From contig CAWVWT010000007.1 in NCBI GenBank assembly GCA_963934015.1, positions 1,088 through 65,087 of the forward strand: 64,000 bases of DNA, written 5' to 3'. Both the position numbers and the translations under genes were made by a program. Shown in pieces: positions 1-9,273 of the stretch. The stretch comes from an uncultured Candidatus Poseidoniales archaeon. GTDB lineage: Archaea; Thermoplasmatota; Poseidoniia; Poseidoniales; Thalassarchaeaceae. The notes under the pieces were generated by a model, which searched no databases, was not told the origin of the DNA, and saw only the letters and a list, made by a program, of their open reading frames with translations. Each line of letters begins with the position of its first letter. Position 1 is the stretch's first letter.

Positions 1-485
1 GAAGTGGCATGGATGGAAGTGGAGATTTACTCGCCTTGCGCGGCGATATCTGTTTTCCAATTGAAGTCAAAACTCGGGCGGGAAAAAAGGTCTACTTTTC
101 TGGGCAAACCCTGACTCAATTGGAAACGATGCAAGAAATCGGCGAAAAATGTGGACTCATGCCACTGTATGCACACAGACTCAAAGGTGTACGTGGAGAT
201 TCATGGAGAATCTTTCGAGTGGAAACTGCAACCTTGACTGGGGGTTTGGCAACACTTGCCAAACGGATTCCTACATTACCATTGACCCGGAATGGAAAAC
301 CGCATCTCGATTGGGATCTAGGTCTCCCTCTCCATCAATTCCTTGGTGTTGTTTGTAGAAATTCTGAGGAAAATGGGTTGTCTAGAATTGTGACTGAAGC
401 ATTGGCCATCAAAATGGATGTTGAACCTGTCATCGAGTTAGAACCTGAACCCTTACCAACTTGGATGCAGCGATTTAAGGTCTAA
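1..485 (+). CDS. hjc: Holliday junction resolvase Hjc-like (5' end outside window)
   Basis: The frame is open to the window edge, so the track Met at 9 is internal. ...SGMDGSGDLLAL-x13-IEVKTR matches the archaeal Hjc nuclease core (SG..D..A....IEVK). The usual QL..(helix)..G..P.YA..(K) segment follows. The ~60-aa C-terminal extension is atypical. Confidence 0.6.
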   Translation, partial: SGMDGSGDLLALRGDICFPIEVKTRAGKKVYFSGQTLTQLETMQEIGEKCGLMPLYAHRLKGVRGDSWRIFRVETATLTGGLATLAKRIPTLPLTRNGKPHLDWDLGLPLHQFLGVVCRNSEENGLSRIVTEALAIKMDVEPVIELEPEPLPTWMQRFKV

Positions 486-661
486 ACATCCTCGCCTGAA
501 AGAAGCGCTTCAAGTTTGTCAATGATCACGCTTTGACGACCCACATCGCGGCTCAGTCGCTCATAATCGGCCTGATCTAGCATGCGGCGAATTGCATCTC
601 TATCTCTAAGCAAAGTGTTGACTCTACGTTGAGTTCGTCGCGCCTCGTCGATGTCAACCAT
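482..661 (-). CDS. hypothetical small charged helical protein (59 aa from ATG 661; track ORF runs to 733)
   Basis: This is the only ORF in the Hjc/S2P spacer. It is R/D/E/L-rich with no SD and no family motif, and it overlaps the Hjc stop by 4 nt. It may be non-coding promoter DNA. Confidence 0.25.
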   Translation of the reverse strand: MVDIDEARRTQRRVNTLLRDRDAIRRMLDQADYERLSRDVGRQSVIIDKLEALLSGEDV

Positions 662-700
662 GGTATGGCGAGAGGGGTTATCGCCTTGAGTTCTCTCCCG

Positions 701-2230
701 ATGCTTCAAGAAGAAGCGGGAGTAGGCCCGCACGTGAGCGATACACGGCGGACGCGCGACCGGCGCGCACTAATTCTGATTTTTATCAGTGCCTTTCTAG
801 CCGTACAGCTGCACTGGGCGTTTGCCGCTCTGTGTATTTGGGTACTGCTTCTAGGCCAATTAGAACGCAGAGGGATTCTCGATAGATGGAATGCAACTCG
901 GGTGATGGGTGGACTCTTGATGCTGCGCACAACGCGTGGGCAGGATACGATTGAGAAAACGGCAACACCACGAAAGTTTTGGCGTATGTATGGTGAGGTT
1001 TCACTTTGGACCTGTGCAGTTGTCATGGTTTTTATCGTCATATTTCTACTCCTCTCTTTTTCGTTGGCTTTGTTTACAGGAGTTCCCAAAACGGATACTC
1101 CAGCAAGCCAACTGATTCCATTCCCTGGCATCAGCCCCATCATTCCATTTTGGTGGCCAGCCATCGCATTTGTCGGTGCCCTTGTCATTCATGAATTTGC
1201 ACACGCTCTGCAAGCACGCGCCCACGGGATGCGCGTTCGTTCTGTGGGCGTATTGATGTTGGGTCCTTTTCCAGCAGGGGCCTTTGTCGAACCGGAGTAT
1301 GAAGAACTCACACAAGCACCTAGACGTGAACGAGCACGGTTGTTTGCTGCCGCGCCAGCGACCAATCTCTTTGCAGGATTTTTTTCATGGTTGTTGATTT
1401 GTCTATTAGCCACACAATTCGCTGTAGTGAACCCTGGTGTTCACGCGAGTGGTATCGTTGAAGATTCAGCCGCAGCAGAGGCTGGATTGGAACCGTGGGA
1501 AATCATTACTCACTTCAACGGAACATTGGTTGAAACCGCAGCTGATATGTCCGAGCAGTTAGATGCGCATTCTGCAGGTGAAACCGTTGATCTCACGGTA
1601 CTCAGTCACCCTGATGCAGATGGAGTTAGAACGGAGCGCATAGTGAGTGTTACACTCACGAGTAAACTGAATTATTTACATTCACAAAATGCAACAGATG
1701 AACAAATCGAATATCTTGAAGTCGATAACGAAAGTGCATTCCTCGGTGTATCAGGAATGCAAAGTGGTTCCAGTGGGATTGACAGGTTGGCTGGACCTAC
1801 CGCTTGGGAAAAAGATGTCCCTTGGTATGTTGATGCACTGGGTGTCGCCATCCAACCGGTCATCATGATCGGTATACCTATCGATTACGAAGGGCAAATC
1901 ATGGAACCGCATGAAATGGAATACATCGAAGCCGATGGATGGCTAGGTAACATCCTTGGCACCACTATTCTGCTGGCGATTATTACACTCTTTTTCTGGT
2001 TTATCTGGTGGAATGTTGGACTGGGCTTGGCAAACCTGATTCCAATTATTCCATTTGACGGTGGACACCTGATGAAGGACTTCCTCGGTGTTGTTGTCGG
2101 AAGGGTTCACCGATTTTCGAAAAATTTTCATCCACTCAAAACTGAAAAAACCGTCTCAAAAATATCATCGTTTAGCAGCCTTTTCCTATTCATGGGATTG
2201 CTGCTAATTATCATCGCACAACGACTTTGA
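701..2230 (+). CDS. site-2 protease family (M50) intramembrane zinc metalloprotease with PDZ domain
   Basis: HEFAH (HExxH) sits in a TM helix. There is a PDZ-like GIVEDSAAAEAGLEPWEIITHFNG segment and a distal NLIPIIPFDGGH (NxxPxxxxDG) motif, with multiple TM helices. The start is ambiguous (ATG 665 or 701, GTG 734). The track start TTG 629 overlaps the minus-strand ORF. Confidence 0.85.
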   Translation: MLQEEAGVGPHVSDTRRTRDRRALILIFISAFLAVQLHWAFAALCIWVLLLGQLERRGILDRWNATRVMGGLLMLRTTRGQDTIEKTATPRKFWRMYGEVSLWTCAVVMVFIVIFLLLSFSLALFTGVPKTDTPASQLIPFPGISPIIPFWWPAIAFVGALVIHEFAHALQARAHGMRVRSVGVLMLGPFPAGAFVEPEYEELTQAPRRERARLFAAAPATNLFAGFFSWLLICLLATQFAVVNPGVHASGIVEDSAAAEAGLEPWEIITHFNGTLVETAADMSEQLDAHSAGETVDLTVLSHPDADGVRTERIVSVTLTSKLNYLHSQNATDEQIEYLEVDNESAFLGVSGMQSGSSGIDRLAGPTAWEKDVPWYVDALGVAIQPVIMIGIPIDYEGQIMEPHEMEYIEADGWLGNILGTTILLAIITLFFWFIWWNVGLGLANLIPIIPFDGGHLMKDFLGVVVGRVHRFSKNFHPLKTEKTVSKISSFSSLFLFMGLLLIIIAQRL

Positions 2231-2233
2231 GAC

Positions 2234-3088
2234 TCATTCTTCCTCTTCCAATCGCGCTTGATCAACCTCTGGAGCAGTCTCCATCACACGGTTAGCAACA
2301 CGTTCCCAAATCGCCGGGATTGCGAGCAGGATTATTGCCGTGAATGTGAGTTTTGTCCAAGCTGAACTAGGGACTGCATCACTGTTGTTGGACAAGCCCA
2401 ACTTAATGGCACCAACCCATGGAATCTCAGCACCAGCCACACCAACAACCCACTCTTCCTTAACGGTTTGAACCGGGCCCACAGTTCCATCGGAGTTTGT
2501 AGCAGAAAGGCCTGAGCCCTGACTCTGAGCATTTGCTGCTGGTTGGTCAATCATGCAATCATTGTTGTCACCCATCGTAAGGTAGCCTGCATGAACAGGG
2601 TTCCAATCCTCGACCTTGAGATTGTATTCGCCGCCATGGAAAGGACACAGGATATCAAATGTCCATGTGATTGTCGTCACGTTTCGAAGTGTAGTCCCGG
2701 GTGCATCCCATCCGCCTGATGGATTTGCGACGATTTCGAGGATTGCTCTATGAATAACTGGGGTATCAATACCACCATTTTTCTGATAAATGATGACATC
2801 CCCTGGCATCCCGTGATTTACATAGCCCTCGTAAAGACCGCCTTCTTCGGTTGCTTCAGCAAAGGTGATGATGTTTTTTTGTTCATTGGACATTACGAGA
2901 ACAAGGTCACCAGCGTCAATTGAGCCAACCTCACCATTTGTATCATGCTGCATAGAATTCGATTCAATCACAACCATGGGTGGCCAAGAACCTGTCATCA
3001 AAACGAGTACTGTGATCAGGGTAGCGATGAGGCCACCGGCTAGCACCGCCTCCCGCATCCAGGACCAAGCCTCGCCCACCGGCCTCAC
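2234..3088 (-). CDS. signal peptidase I, Sec11/archaeal S26B type
   Basis: An N-terminal TM anchor is followed by the Ser box VIESNSM, His box PVIHRA and MGDNN box, as in Sec11-type enzymes. A second TM lies near the C-terminus, followed by the tail ...ARLEEEE. The GTG start overlaps the stop of the upstream gene (GTGA). Confidence 0.8.
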   Translation of the reverse strand: MRPVGEAWSWMREAVLAGGLIATLITVLVLMTGSWPPMVVIESNSMQHDTNGEVGSIDAGDLVLVMSNEQKNIITFAEATEEGGLYEGYVNHGMPGDVIIYQKNGGIDTPVIHRAILEIVANPSGGWDAPGTTLRNVTTITWTFDILCPFHGGEYNLKVEDWNPVHAGYLTMGDNNDCMIDQPAANAQSQGSGLSATNSDGTVGPVQTVKEEWVVGVAGAEIPWVGAIKLGLSNNSDAVPSSAWTKLTFTAIILLAIPAIWERVANRVMETAPEVDQARLEEEE

Positions 3089-3888
3089 TCCTCTTCATCC
3101 AACTCGGTGATTTGTGACTCAGGTCTTTCACCAGAAGCGGGGGATGATACCCATAACAAAAACATGGATATCAGCAGTAAGAACCAACCCGATATATCAT
3201 CGAAATAAGGCGCTGGTACCGAATCAATTCGCGCTCCATTTAACCAATCCCATATGATAAGCGTATTCACGCGTTCTAAGGCAGCATTACGAACGATTCC
3301 AAAAGCCATGTTGCAAAGTTGCAGAATGGTGGCAACCAAACCAATTGAACCTAGTGAGCGATTCAACCATGGTTCCCGAAGGGCACCAATATCGAGCATA
3401 CGTGAAAATCGCGAATCTTCTGTACGCCACCAATTGATGATAATGTCCTCGGGGACGTGCCCTTGGTCCTCAGCCTGGAGGGTCTTCCCCTTAGCGAGTC
3501 CATGTTCAATAAAATGAGATTTGAGACGTGCGCTCCATACAGATCCTAACAAAGTTGCAGCCTCCTCGGCCTCCTTGCGTTGACGCCCCAATTCTGGACG
3601 AGAGGTGGATTTTAGAATCTCCATCAGAAAACTCCACTTGCCTTGGTAATGAAGAAATTCGGGGCCGACAAAAATGAGGATGACAAAACCGATGAACAAT
3701 CCAGCCCATGTTCCATTTCTGAGATGTTCCAAATCTGGATCTTGTGCACCCCCGAGGAAGAAGAAGTAAACAATCGACCAGAGGACGATGCTGGTGGATA
3801 GGAACGTAATCGCTCCCAATATGGACAAATGGCGGTCTCGTTGGCTTTCCCACCAACGTTTCATCGGGGCTAACATTCCACTCAACAT
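3085..3888 (-). CDS. uncharacterised 4-TM membrane protein with ~110-aa cytoplasmic loop, translationally coupled to signal peptidase
   Basis: ATG 3888 is preceded by AGGAG 8 nt upstream; the track ORF extends to 4047 with no support. There are two TM pairs flanking a charged loop (RPELGRQRKEAEEAATLL...). The protein ends ...TELDEEE, and I recognise no family. Confidence 0.6.
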   Translation of the reverse strand: MLSGMLAPMKRWWESQRDRHLSILGAITFLSTSIVLWSIVYFFFLGGAQDPDLEHLRNGTWAGLFIGFVILIFVGPEFLHYQGKWSFLMEILKSTSRPELGRQRKEAEEAATLLGSVWSARLKSHFIEHGLAKGKTLQAEDQGHVPEDIIINWWRTEDSRFSRMLDIGALREPWLNRSLGSIGLVATILQLCNMAFGIVRNAALERVNTLIIWDWLNGARIDSVPAPYFDDISGWFLLLISMFLLWVSSPASGERPESQITELDEEE

Positions 3889-4047
3889 TTTCAACTCCTG
3901 GTCGAGAACTCTTTCTGACCTAAACCGCCGAGAGTCTTGGCACTGTTGAGTGTTCGCCTCAATCGAGCCCTGACAGGCCCGGAATAGTTTGAAAGCCGAT
4001 GGCGCCGGGTGTCGGCATAGCCGACAGGGCACAAAGGCGGAGAACAT

Positions 4048-7000
4048 ATGCGAAAAATTGCCATCTCTATCCTTGCAATCCTACTCTTTTCCACTGCATT
4101 GCCATTGGCATCCGCAGTTACTGAAACTCAATTTTCAGATGGATCTTCGACTTTCACGCATGTTTTCAGCCAAACTGGCGATGCAGTCACACCTGGTGTG
4201 ACACTTCCATATGGAGCTGAAGTGAGTGATGTCGAAATTGAACTTGAAGGTTCATCATCGACCCAAGGATGGTTCAATCGAACCAGCGATGCCGACTTTG
4301 GCGGGCAAGGTACGACTGGATCAAGTGCCTGGGGCTGGTCAATCAATCAGAATGGGTGGAACTACGGTTATCGGCAAAATGTCAAGGTTGACAATGGGCA
4401 ATTGGAATTACGTCCAACAGAGGATACCACTTACTGGTCGATGAGCAATACGAATCAGGTTACATCATCCACTGGCGGCAACATGAACACAACGGGTGAA
4501 TACTTCTCAAGCGCTGAAGCAGGTTACAACGGAATGGGTGATACCAGCACCAAGAGTTTGTCTGGTGGTACTTGGAATTACATGGGCCCAGTTGTCCAAC
4601 AAGGGGACGAAACCCATGTGGTTCGATACGGTTCCATTGGTTCCTATGGTGGTTATCAATTGAGTGCGATCAATCGGTACAACGCAACCACTGGTGCTTC
4701 GATTGGAACGGCAACCATTCAATACAACAACTGTTCGTCAAACAACGTATACTACATCACAGATGCAACCAGTGATGGGGATGGGACAGTTTGGATGACT
4801 TCTTTCTACACGAGCACTTCCTATGCTGCAATTACAAAATGGTCTGTAACTTACACAACCAGTTCTCAGGGTCAGATTATTTCCACATACAAATGTGAGC
4901 AATCTTGGACTGCGCTTGAAGTGGGTGGTATTTCCATAGATCCAGAAACTGACAAAATGTATGTTGTACAACGTGTTCGGTTGACCAGCCAATACAGTAT
5001 CGATTTGTGGGAAGTTAGTCGCAGTTCACCGAATATTGCCCTACAAACTTGGAGTCTAGGGATTATTTCTCCCTCAGGTAGTCAATCGAATCTCAACTCC
5101 TATGCTCGACCGGCTGGATTGGATGTTCAAATGCCGAGAATTTCAGTGAATGTGTTCTGTTACTATTACGCATACACCTACTACTGCGATGCGGATCGTG
5201 TATCGTGGATGAATGTCTATCATCAGCGTTCCAACTGGCCAGAGTTACAGGCTGAGTTCCCCAGTTCTTACGCAACAATGGGTATCGAAAGTATCGATGG
5301 TGAATTGGCAACGACCTGTCTGTATGCATCGGTTTCATCGTATTGCCCTAGTGCCACGACCATGCGGAAAATTACGATGCGGGGCCATGGGGCAACTGAT
5401 TGGATGGGGACTCCGACTGCAAACAGTTCAACGATTACATCGAGTATGCAAGTCCTCTCTCGTTCGATTAGCGAATTATCTATTGGGGCGGCAATTACAT
5501 GGGAGCCGACTGGAACCTCGGTCGATTTCGAGGTGACCAATGATGGAGGCCTCACTTGGAAGCGAGCAAATAGTGCAGGTCAAACGATTACATTCACAAA
5601 TGCGGGAAACAGTTTGGGTTGGCGTGCGTGGCTCAACGGAACTTCTTCAACGGCCCCACTCATCGATACTGTTGGGTTGAGTTATGAAGCCACATACGCG
5701 TCAAGTGGTCAATGGAGAACATATCGCATCACGAATGGAGCTTTCCCTGATGCTGCAATGGTTTGGTGGAATGCCACAACTCTTGGTGGCAGTTCATTAG
5801 ACATTTATTTCAAAGCAGCATCGAGTTGCTCGAGTGGAACTCGAATCAATGTACCCAGTTCAGGCTCTACAATCACTTTCTCCCAAATGTCTGGGAGTTA
5901 TCTGTCTCTCTGCATTGACTTAGATGCGGGAACCTCGAATCAGTATTCACCAACCCTCTATGATATCAATATCGCACTATTCGAAGATGCGCCTCAAGAT
6001 GTCAATATTGACATCTATGATATCGATAGCAGTACACCACTCAACTCTGGTTGTAGTGTTAGTGGTGAAGAATGGGAATACGAAGGGACGCTCTTAGGTA
6101 CAACTACTGCGAGATCTGGTGGTACAAGTGATTTGGAAGACGCCTTCAATTGCATTGTTCCGCAAAGTGGAACTGGTACTGAAGTCGTTGGGATGAAAGT
6201 TCACTCCTCTACTTCTGGAAAGGTTGAGATTAAATCAATGCGGATTGAATACACGATGGTGACTGTCAATCTAGATATTAATTTTGATGAAAAAATGGTC
6301 CTGCATGAGCGTGGAGAATCCTATGAAATTGTCACGCGGCATGTGATTGGGGACGACGCGCTGGGCATCACCAATGCTGAATTGACCTTCATCGCATCTC
6401 CGAATGGTGATGCACCAAAACTTTCCTGGGCTGAAGATGGAACTCTTGTCGATGATGACCCCGAAGATTGGATTATTCCCGACCAAGGAAGCACGTGGAC
6501 GAATTTATCCAATGGTATCTTTGAGATTCACTGGATGTTCCGTGTAACAGATGATTTCCCTGAGCAAAACAACGTTGGATGGCGTGTCAGTTGTACTGAT
6601 GACAATGGCTTCTCTCCTGCAACCCTATCAACAGGTGCTGCTGGAATCGTTGTGAATCAATCGTATGGACTTGGATGGTTTGCCATCCATGATGTTGAGG
6701 GGGAGGTCGTAAATGACGATGTCCAAAATGACGATTGGATAGTCGCAGGTGAGACCATTCACTTTCAAGGACAAGTTTGGTTTGAGGGGACACAAGATGC
6801 CCCACTTAACTCAGTATTCGACATCCGTGTTGTACGAAAAGACAGCCAAGGTGATTTTGTCTCTGCCAGTTGGAAGGATAATTCAAATCCAAATGGAACT
6901 TTCTTCATCTCAGTCGCAGTCCCCGATATGGATATTCCCGAAGGTGTGACCTTTGAGGTTCAAACCTACAATGTGCGAGATCCAACCAAAGTCATGCCAA

Positions 7001-9207
7001 TTAACGAATCGTGGCAACGCACATTGAGAATAGATGATTCGTCGCCTGAAATTACTAATTCTTGGCCCGCAGAAGGTGATTATGAAGCGAGTTCGTCAAA
7101 TCAACAAGTCGCTGTAACTGTTGTCGATGCTGTTGGCCAACCAGAATATCTTACGCTCAATTATTGGGTTGAGGCAGACCACGACAGCAACCGAAATGGT
7201 GAACCTGATGAAGATGAATATGCGACACAAATATTGTCTAATTCAACCGTTTCTGAAGAGAAAGTTTTCTTCGGTCAAATCGATGATTCTCGCAATCCCA
7301 ACATGGCAAGAGTCTCATATTTCATATCCGGTAATGACCCAGCAGGCAATCTACTCATTGGAACAGATGGCCCCGGCTATGCTTACGATTTGTCCACTTA
7401 CCGTACACGCAAGGATATGACATCTGTTTTCACCGGATTGGTTTGGCAAGATCACACAGATGGAACGGATGTTTACAGTGGCACAGACCAATCAATCTCA
7501 ATTGGACTTGTCGACGCAAATGGAATCATCGATTTCGAGTATATATCCTTAATTTTCGACTTTGAGGGCCCAGACCCTGAACGAGATCAGCAGCGAATTT
7601 CCTACAATGGGCGTACCGATTCTTGGTCTTCTGAAAGTGAGTATATCACTCTCCAACAGAGTAGTTCTGCTGAAGTCACAACAAACGATACTGGTCTGCC
7701 GTGGATCCAAACTACATTTGATTTCCAATTCTCATGGGATTGGCCGGATGAAGATATCTCGGATCTCGCTCTCGAATACAAGGAGCTCGGCTCACCCACG
7801 CCCACTCGAATCGAATTCATCGAACACACATTCAGTGTCGAGAATGATTTGGTTCTCGATGCATCAACATACGTCGTAGAAGACGTTGCTGAACCGCGAA
7901 CGGGACCATTAGATGATGCGACACCAGTGCGTCCTGATGACAGGTTACGCTGGTCTGGACGGGTGGTGTATGAGAGTAGTGGGGTTCCGGCTCCAAATGA
8001 TCTTGGCATTACGGTCGAAGTGTTCGATGGCGTACAATATTGGTCTGATGGAAGTTTGACCGATAATGGAGCTTTCAGCATTGAGGTCCCACTCACTGCA
8101 GCCACGACCTTGCAGAGTGCAGAAACTAGAACGTTCCTCACTGGAGTCCGTAACGTCCCAGGCCGTGGCGAGGATATGACGCGCGATACCGTGGCGACCA
8201 CATTGCAACTACAAGTTGATCACACACCCCCCCGCGTTCATCATCGATTGGCACCAGTCGATGTTATCGACATCTCTGCCGCATCTGATTTGACTTCGTT
8301 ACCTGTGCGATTTTCTGGATGGGAAGAATGTGTACTCCTCGAGGATGATGACCGATGTGCTGCATTCAGCCAATCCCCACAATGGGTGAATTGGGTGATG
8401 CGAGACGATACCAGAACGATTGCTGCTGGCATATCACCTCTGGCCATGCAATTGAACGGTACGCATCTGGAATGGATTGGTGAAGTTGATTTGACCAGTG
8501 ATGGTATTGTGACACCGCGTAGTGGTTACAAGGTTGGCTTCTGGGTTACTGGACATGATGCTGCTGGAAATGAATTCCCAATGCCTGCAAACACCGAAAG
8601 TGATCCAGTACGTGAACGTGAAGATTTAGATGGTGACAAAGACCTCGCTTGGGTCCGGCTCGGAGCGACTGTTGCTGAACTCATCGTCAAGAGTTTGACC
8701 CTAGATCAAGATACGGTCAGCGAGGGTACTGAAATTGAAGTCGTTGCAATTATTGCCAATACTGGAGGAGTTACTGAATCTTCATTCATGGTACATTTTG
8801 TCACCGATGAAAAGGTGATTGACACAGTTAGAATCACAGGTCTACCTAGTGGTGGTGAACATCGAATTATCAGCACCTGGACTGCAACTGAAGGCATTGA
8901 TAGAATCACAGTGATTGTCGATGCTGAAAATGAAGTCGTCGAAGTTGATGAAGAAGGCAACTCGATGTCAGCAGGGATATCTGTTGAATATTCATGGGGC
9001 CTCGGGTGGGTCGATAGTTGGCGACAAAATCCACTCACCGTTATCGGTATCATCTTCGCTTTGATTTTAATTCCAGTAATCGCAGTGGTTACATGGAAAA
9101 CCTCACTCTCTGGTTCAACGAGTCTCTATGATGAAGAACTCATGTACGAAGATGAAGACGACGATGACTGGGAAGATGATGAAGACGACGATGATGGTTG
9201 GGAATAG
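4048..9207 (+). CDS. giant cell-surface protein (1719 aa), signal peptide + C-terminal TM anchor + acidic tail
   Basis: The signal peptide is MRKIAISILAILLFSTALPLASA. It is followed by ~1650 aa of S/T/N/G/W-rich beta-type sequence with many N-x-S/T sequons. A CARDB-like module (EIEVVAIIANTGGVTESSFMVHF...) lies just before a single TM (LTVIGIIFALILIPVIAVVTW). The 36-aa tail ends DDDDWEDDEDDDDGWE. Confidence 0.85.
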   Translation: MRKIAISILAILLFSTALPLASAVTETQFSDGSSTFTHVFSQTGDAVTPGVTLPYGAEVSDVEIELEGSSSTQGWFNRTSDADFGGQGTTGSSAWGWSINQNGWNYGYRQNVKVDNGQLELRPTEDTTYWSMSNTNQVTSSTGGNMNTTGEYFSSAEAGYNGMGDTSTKSLSGGTWNYMGPVVQQGDETHVVRYGSIGSYGGYQLSAINRYNATTGASIGTATIQYNNCSSNNVYYITDATSDGDGTVWMTSFYTSTSYAAITKWSVTYTTSSQGQIISTYKCEQSWTALEVGGISIDPETDKMYVVQRVRLTSQYSIDLWEVSRSSPNIALQTWSLGIISPSGSQSNLNSYARPAGLDVQMPRISVNVFCYYYAYTYYCDADRVSWMNVYHQRSNWPELQAEFPSSYATMGIESIDGELATTCLYASVSSYCPSATTMRKITMRGHGATDWMGTPTANSSTITSSMQVLSRSISELSIGAAITWEPTGTSVDFEVTNDGGLTWKRANSAGQTITFTNAGNSLGWRAWLNGTSSTAPLIDTVGLSYEATYASSGQWRTYRITNGAFPDAAMVWWNATTLGGSSLDIYFKAASSCSSGTRINVPSSGSTITFSQMSGSYLSLCIDLDAGTSNQYSPTLYDINIALFEDAPQDVNIDIYDIDSSTPLNSGCSVSGEEWEYEGTLLGTTTARSGGTSDLEDAFNCIVPQSGTGTEVVGMKVHSSTSGKVEIKSMRIEYTMVTVNLDINFDEKMVLHERGESYEIVTRHVIGDDALGITNAELTFIASPNGDAPKLSWAEDGTLVDDDPEDWIIPDQGSTWTNLSNGIFEIHWMFRVTDDFPEQNNVGWRVSCTDDNGFSPATLSTGAAGIVVNQSYGLGWFAIHDVEGEVVNDDVQNDDWIVAGETIHFQGQVWFEGTQDAPLNSVFDIRVVRKDSQGDFVSASWKDNSNPNGTFFISVAVPDMDIPEGVTFEVQTYNVRDPTKVMPINESWQRTLRIDDSSPEITNSWPAEGDYEASSSNQQVAVTVVDAVGQPEYLTLNYWVEADHDSNRNGEPDEDEYATQILSNSTVSEEKVFFGQIDDSRNPNMARVSYFISGNDPAGNLLIGTDGPGYAYDLSTYRTRKDMTSVFTGLVWQDHTDGTDVYSGTDQSISIGLVDANGIIDFEYISLIFDFEGPDPERDQQRISYNGRTDSWSSESEYITLQQSSSAEVTTNDTGLPWIQTTFDFQFSWDWPDEDISDLALEYKELGSPTPTRIEFIEHTFSVENDLVLDASTYVVEDVAEPRTGPLDDATPVRPDDRLRWSGRVVYESSGVPAPNDLGITVEVFDGVQYWSDGSLTDNGAFSIEVPLTAATTLQSAETRTFLTGVRNVPGRGEDMTRDTVATTLQLQVDHTPPRVHHRLAPVDVIDISAASDLTSLPVRFSGWEECVLLEDDDRCAAFSQSPQWVNWVMRDDTRTIAAGISPLAMQLNGTHLEWIGEVDLTSDGIVTPRSGYKVGFWVTGHDAAGNEFPMPANTESDPVREREDLDGDKDLAWVRLGATVAELIVKSLTLDQDTVSEGTEIEVVAIIANTGGVTESSFMVHFVTDEKVIDTVRITGLPSGGEHRIISTWTATEGIDRITVIVDAENEVVEVDEEGNSMSAGISVEYSWGLGWVDSWRQNPLTVIGIIFALILIPVIAVVTWKTSLSGSTSLYDEELMYEDEDDDDWEDDEDDDDGWE

Positions 9208-9246
9208 CCCCTCCATGATTCGGCGGTTTGAAGTCACACGCTTGCT

Positions 9247-9273
9247 CGCCCTCCCCCTAAGGGGGAGAGGGCG
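9247..9273 (+). promoter_or_regulatory. G/C hairpin abutting the helicase start codon (SD-sequestering candidate)
   Basis: CGCCCTCCCCC-TAA-GGGGGAGAGGGCG forms 5+1+5 bp with a 2-nt bulge. The 3' arm contains GGAG at -10..-7 and ends immediately before ATG 9274. Confidence 0.5.
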
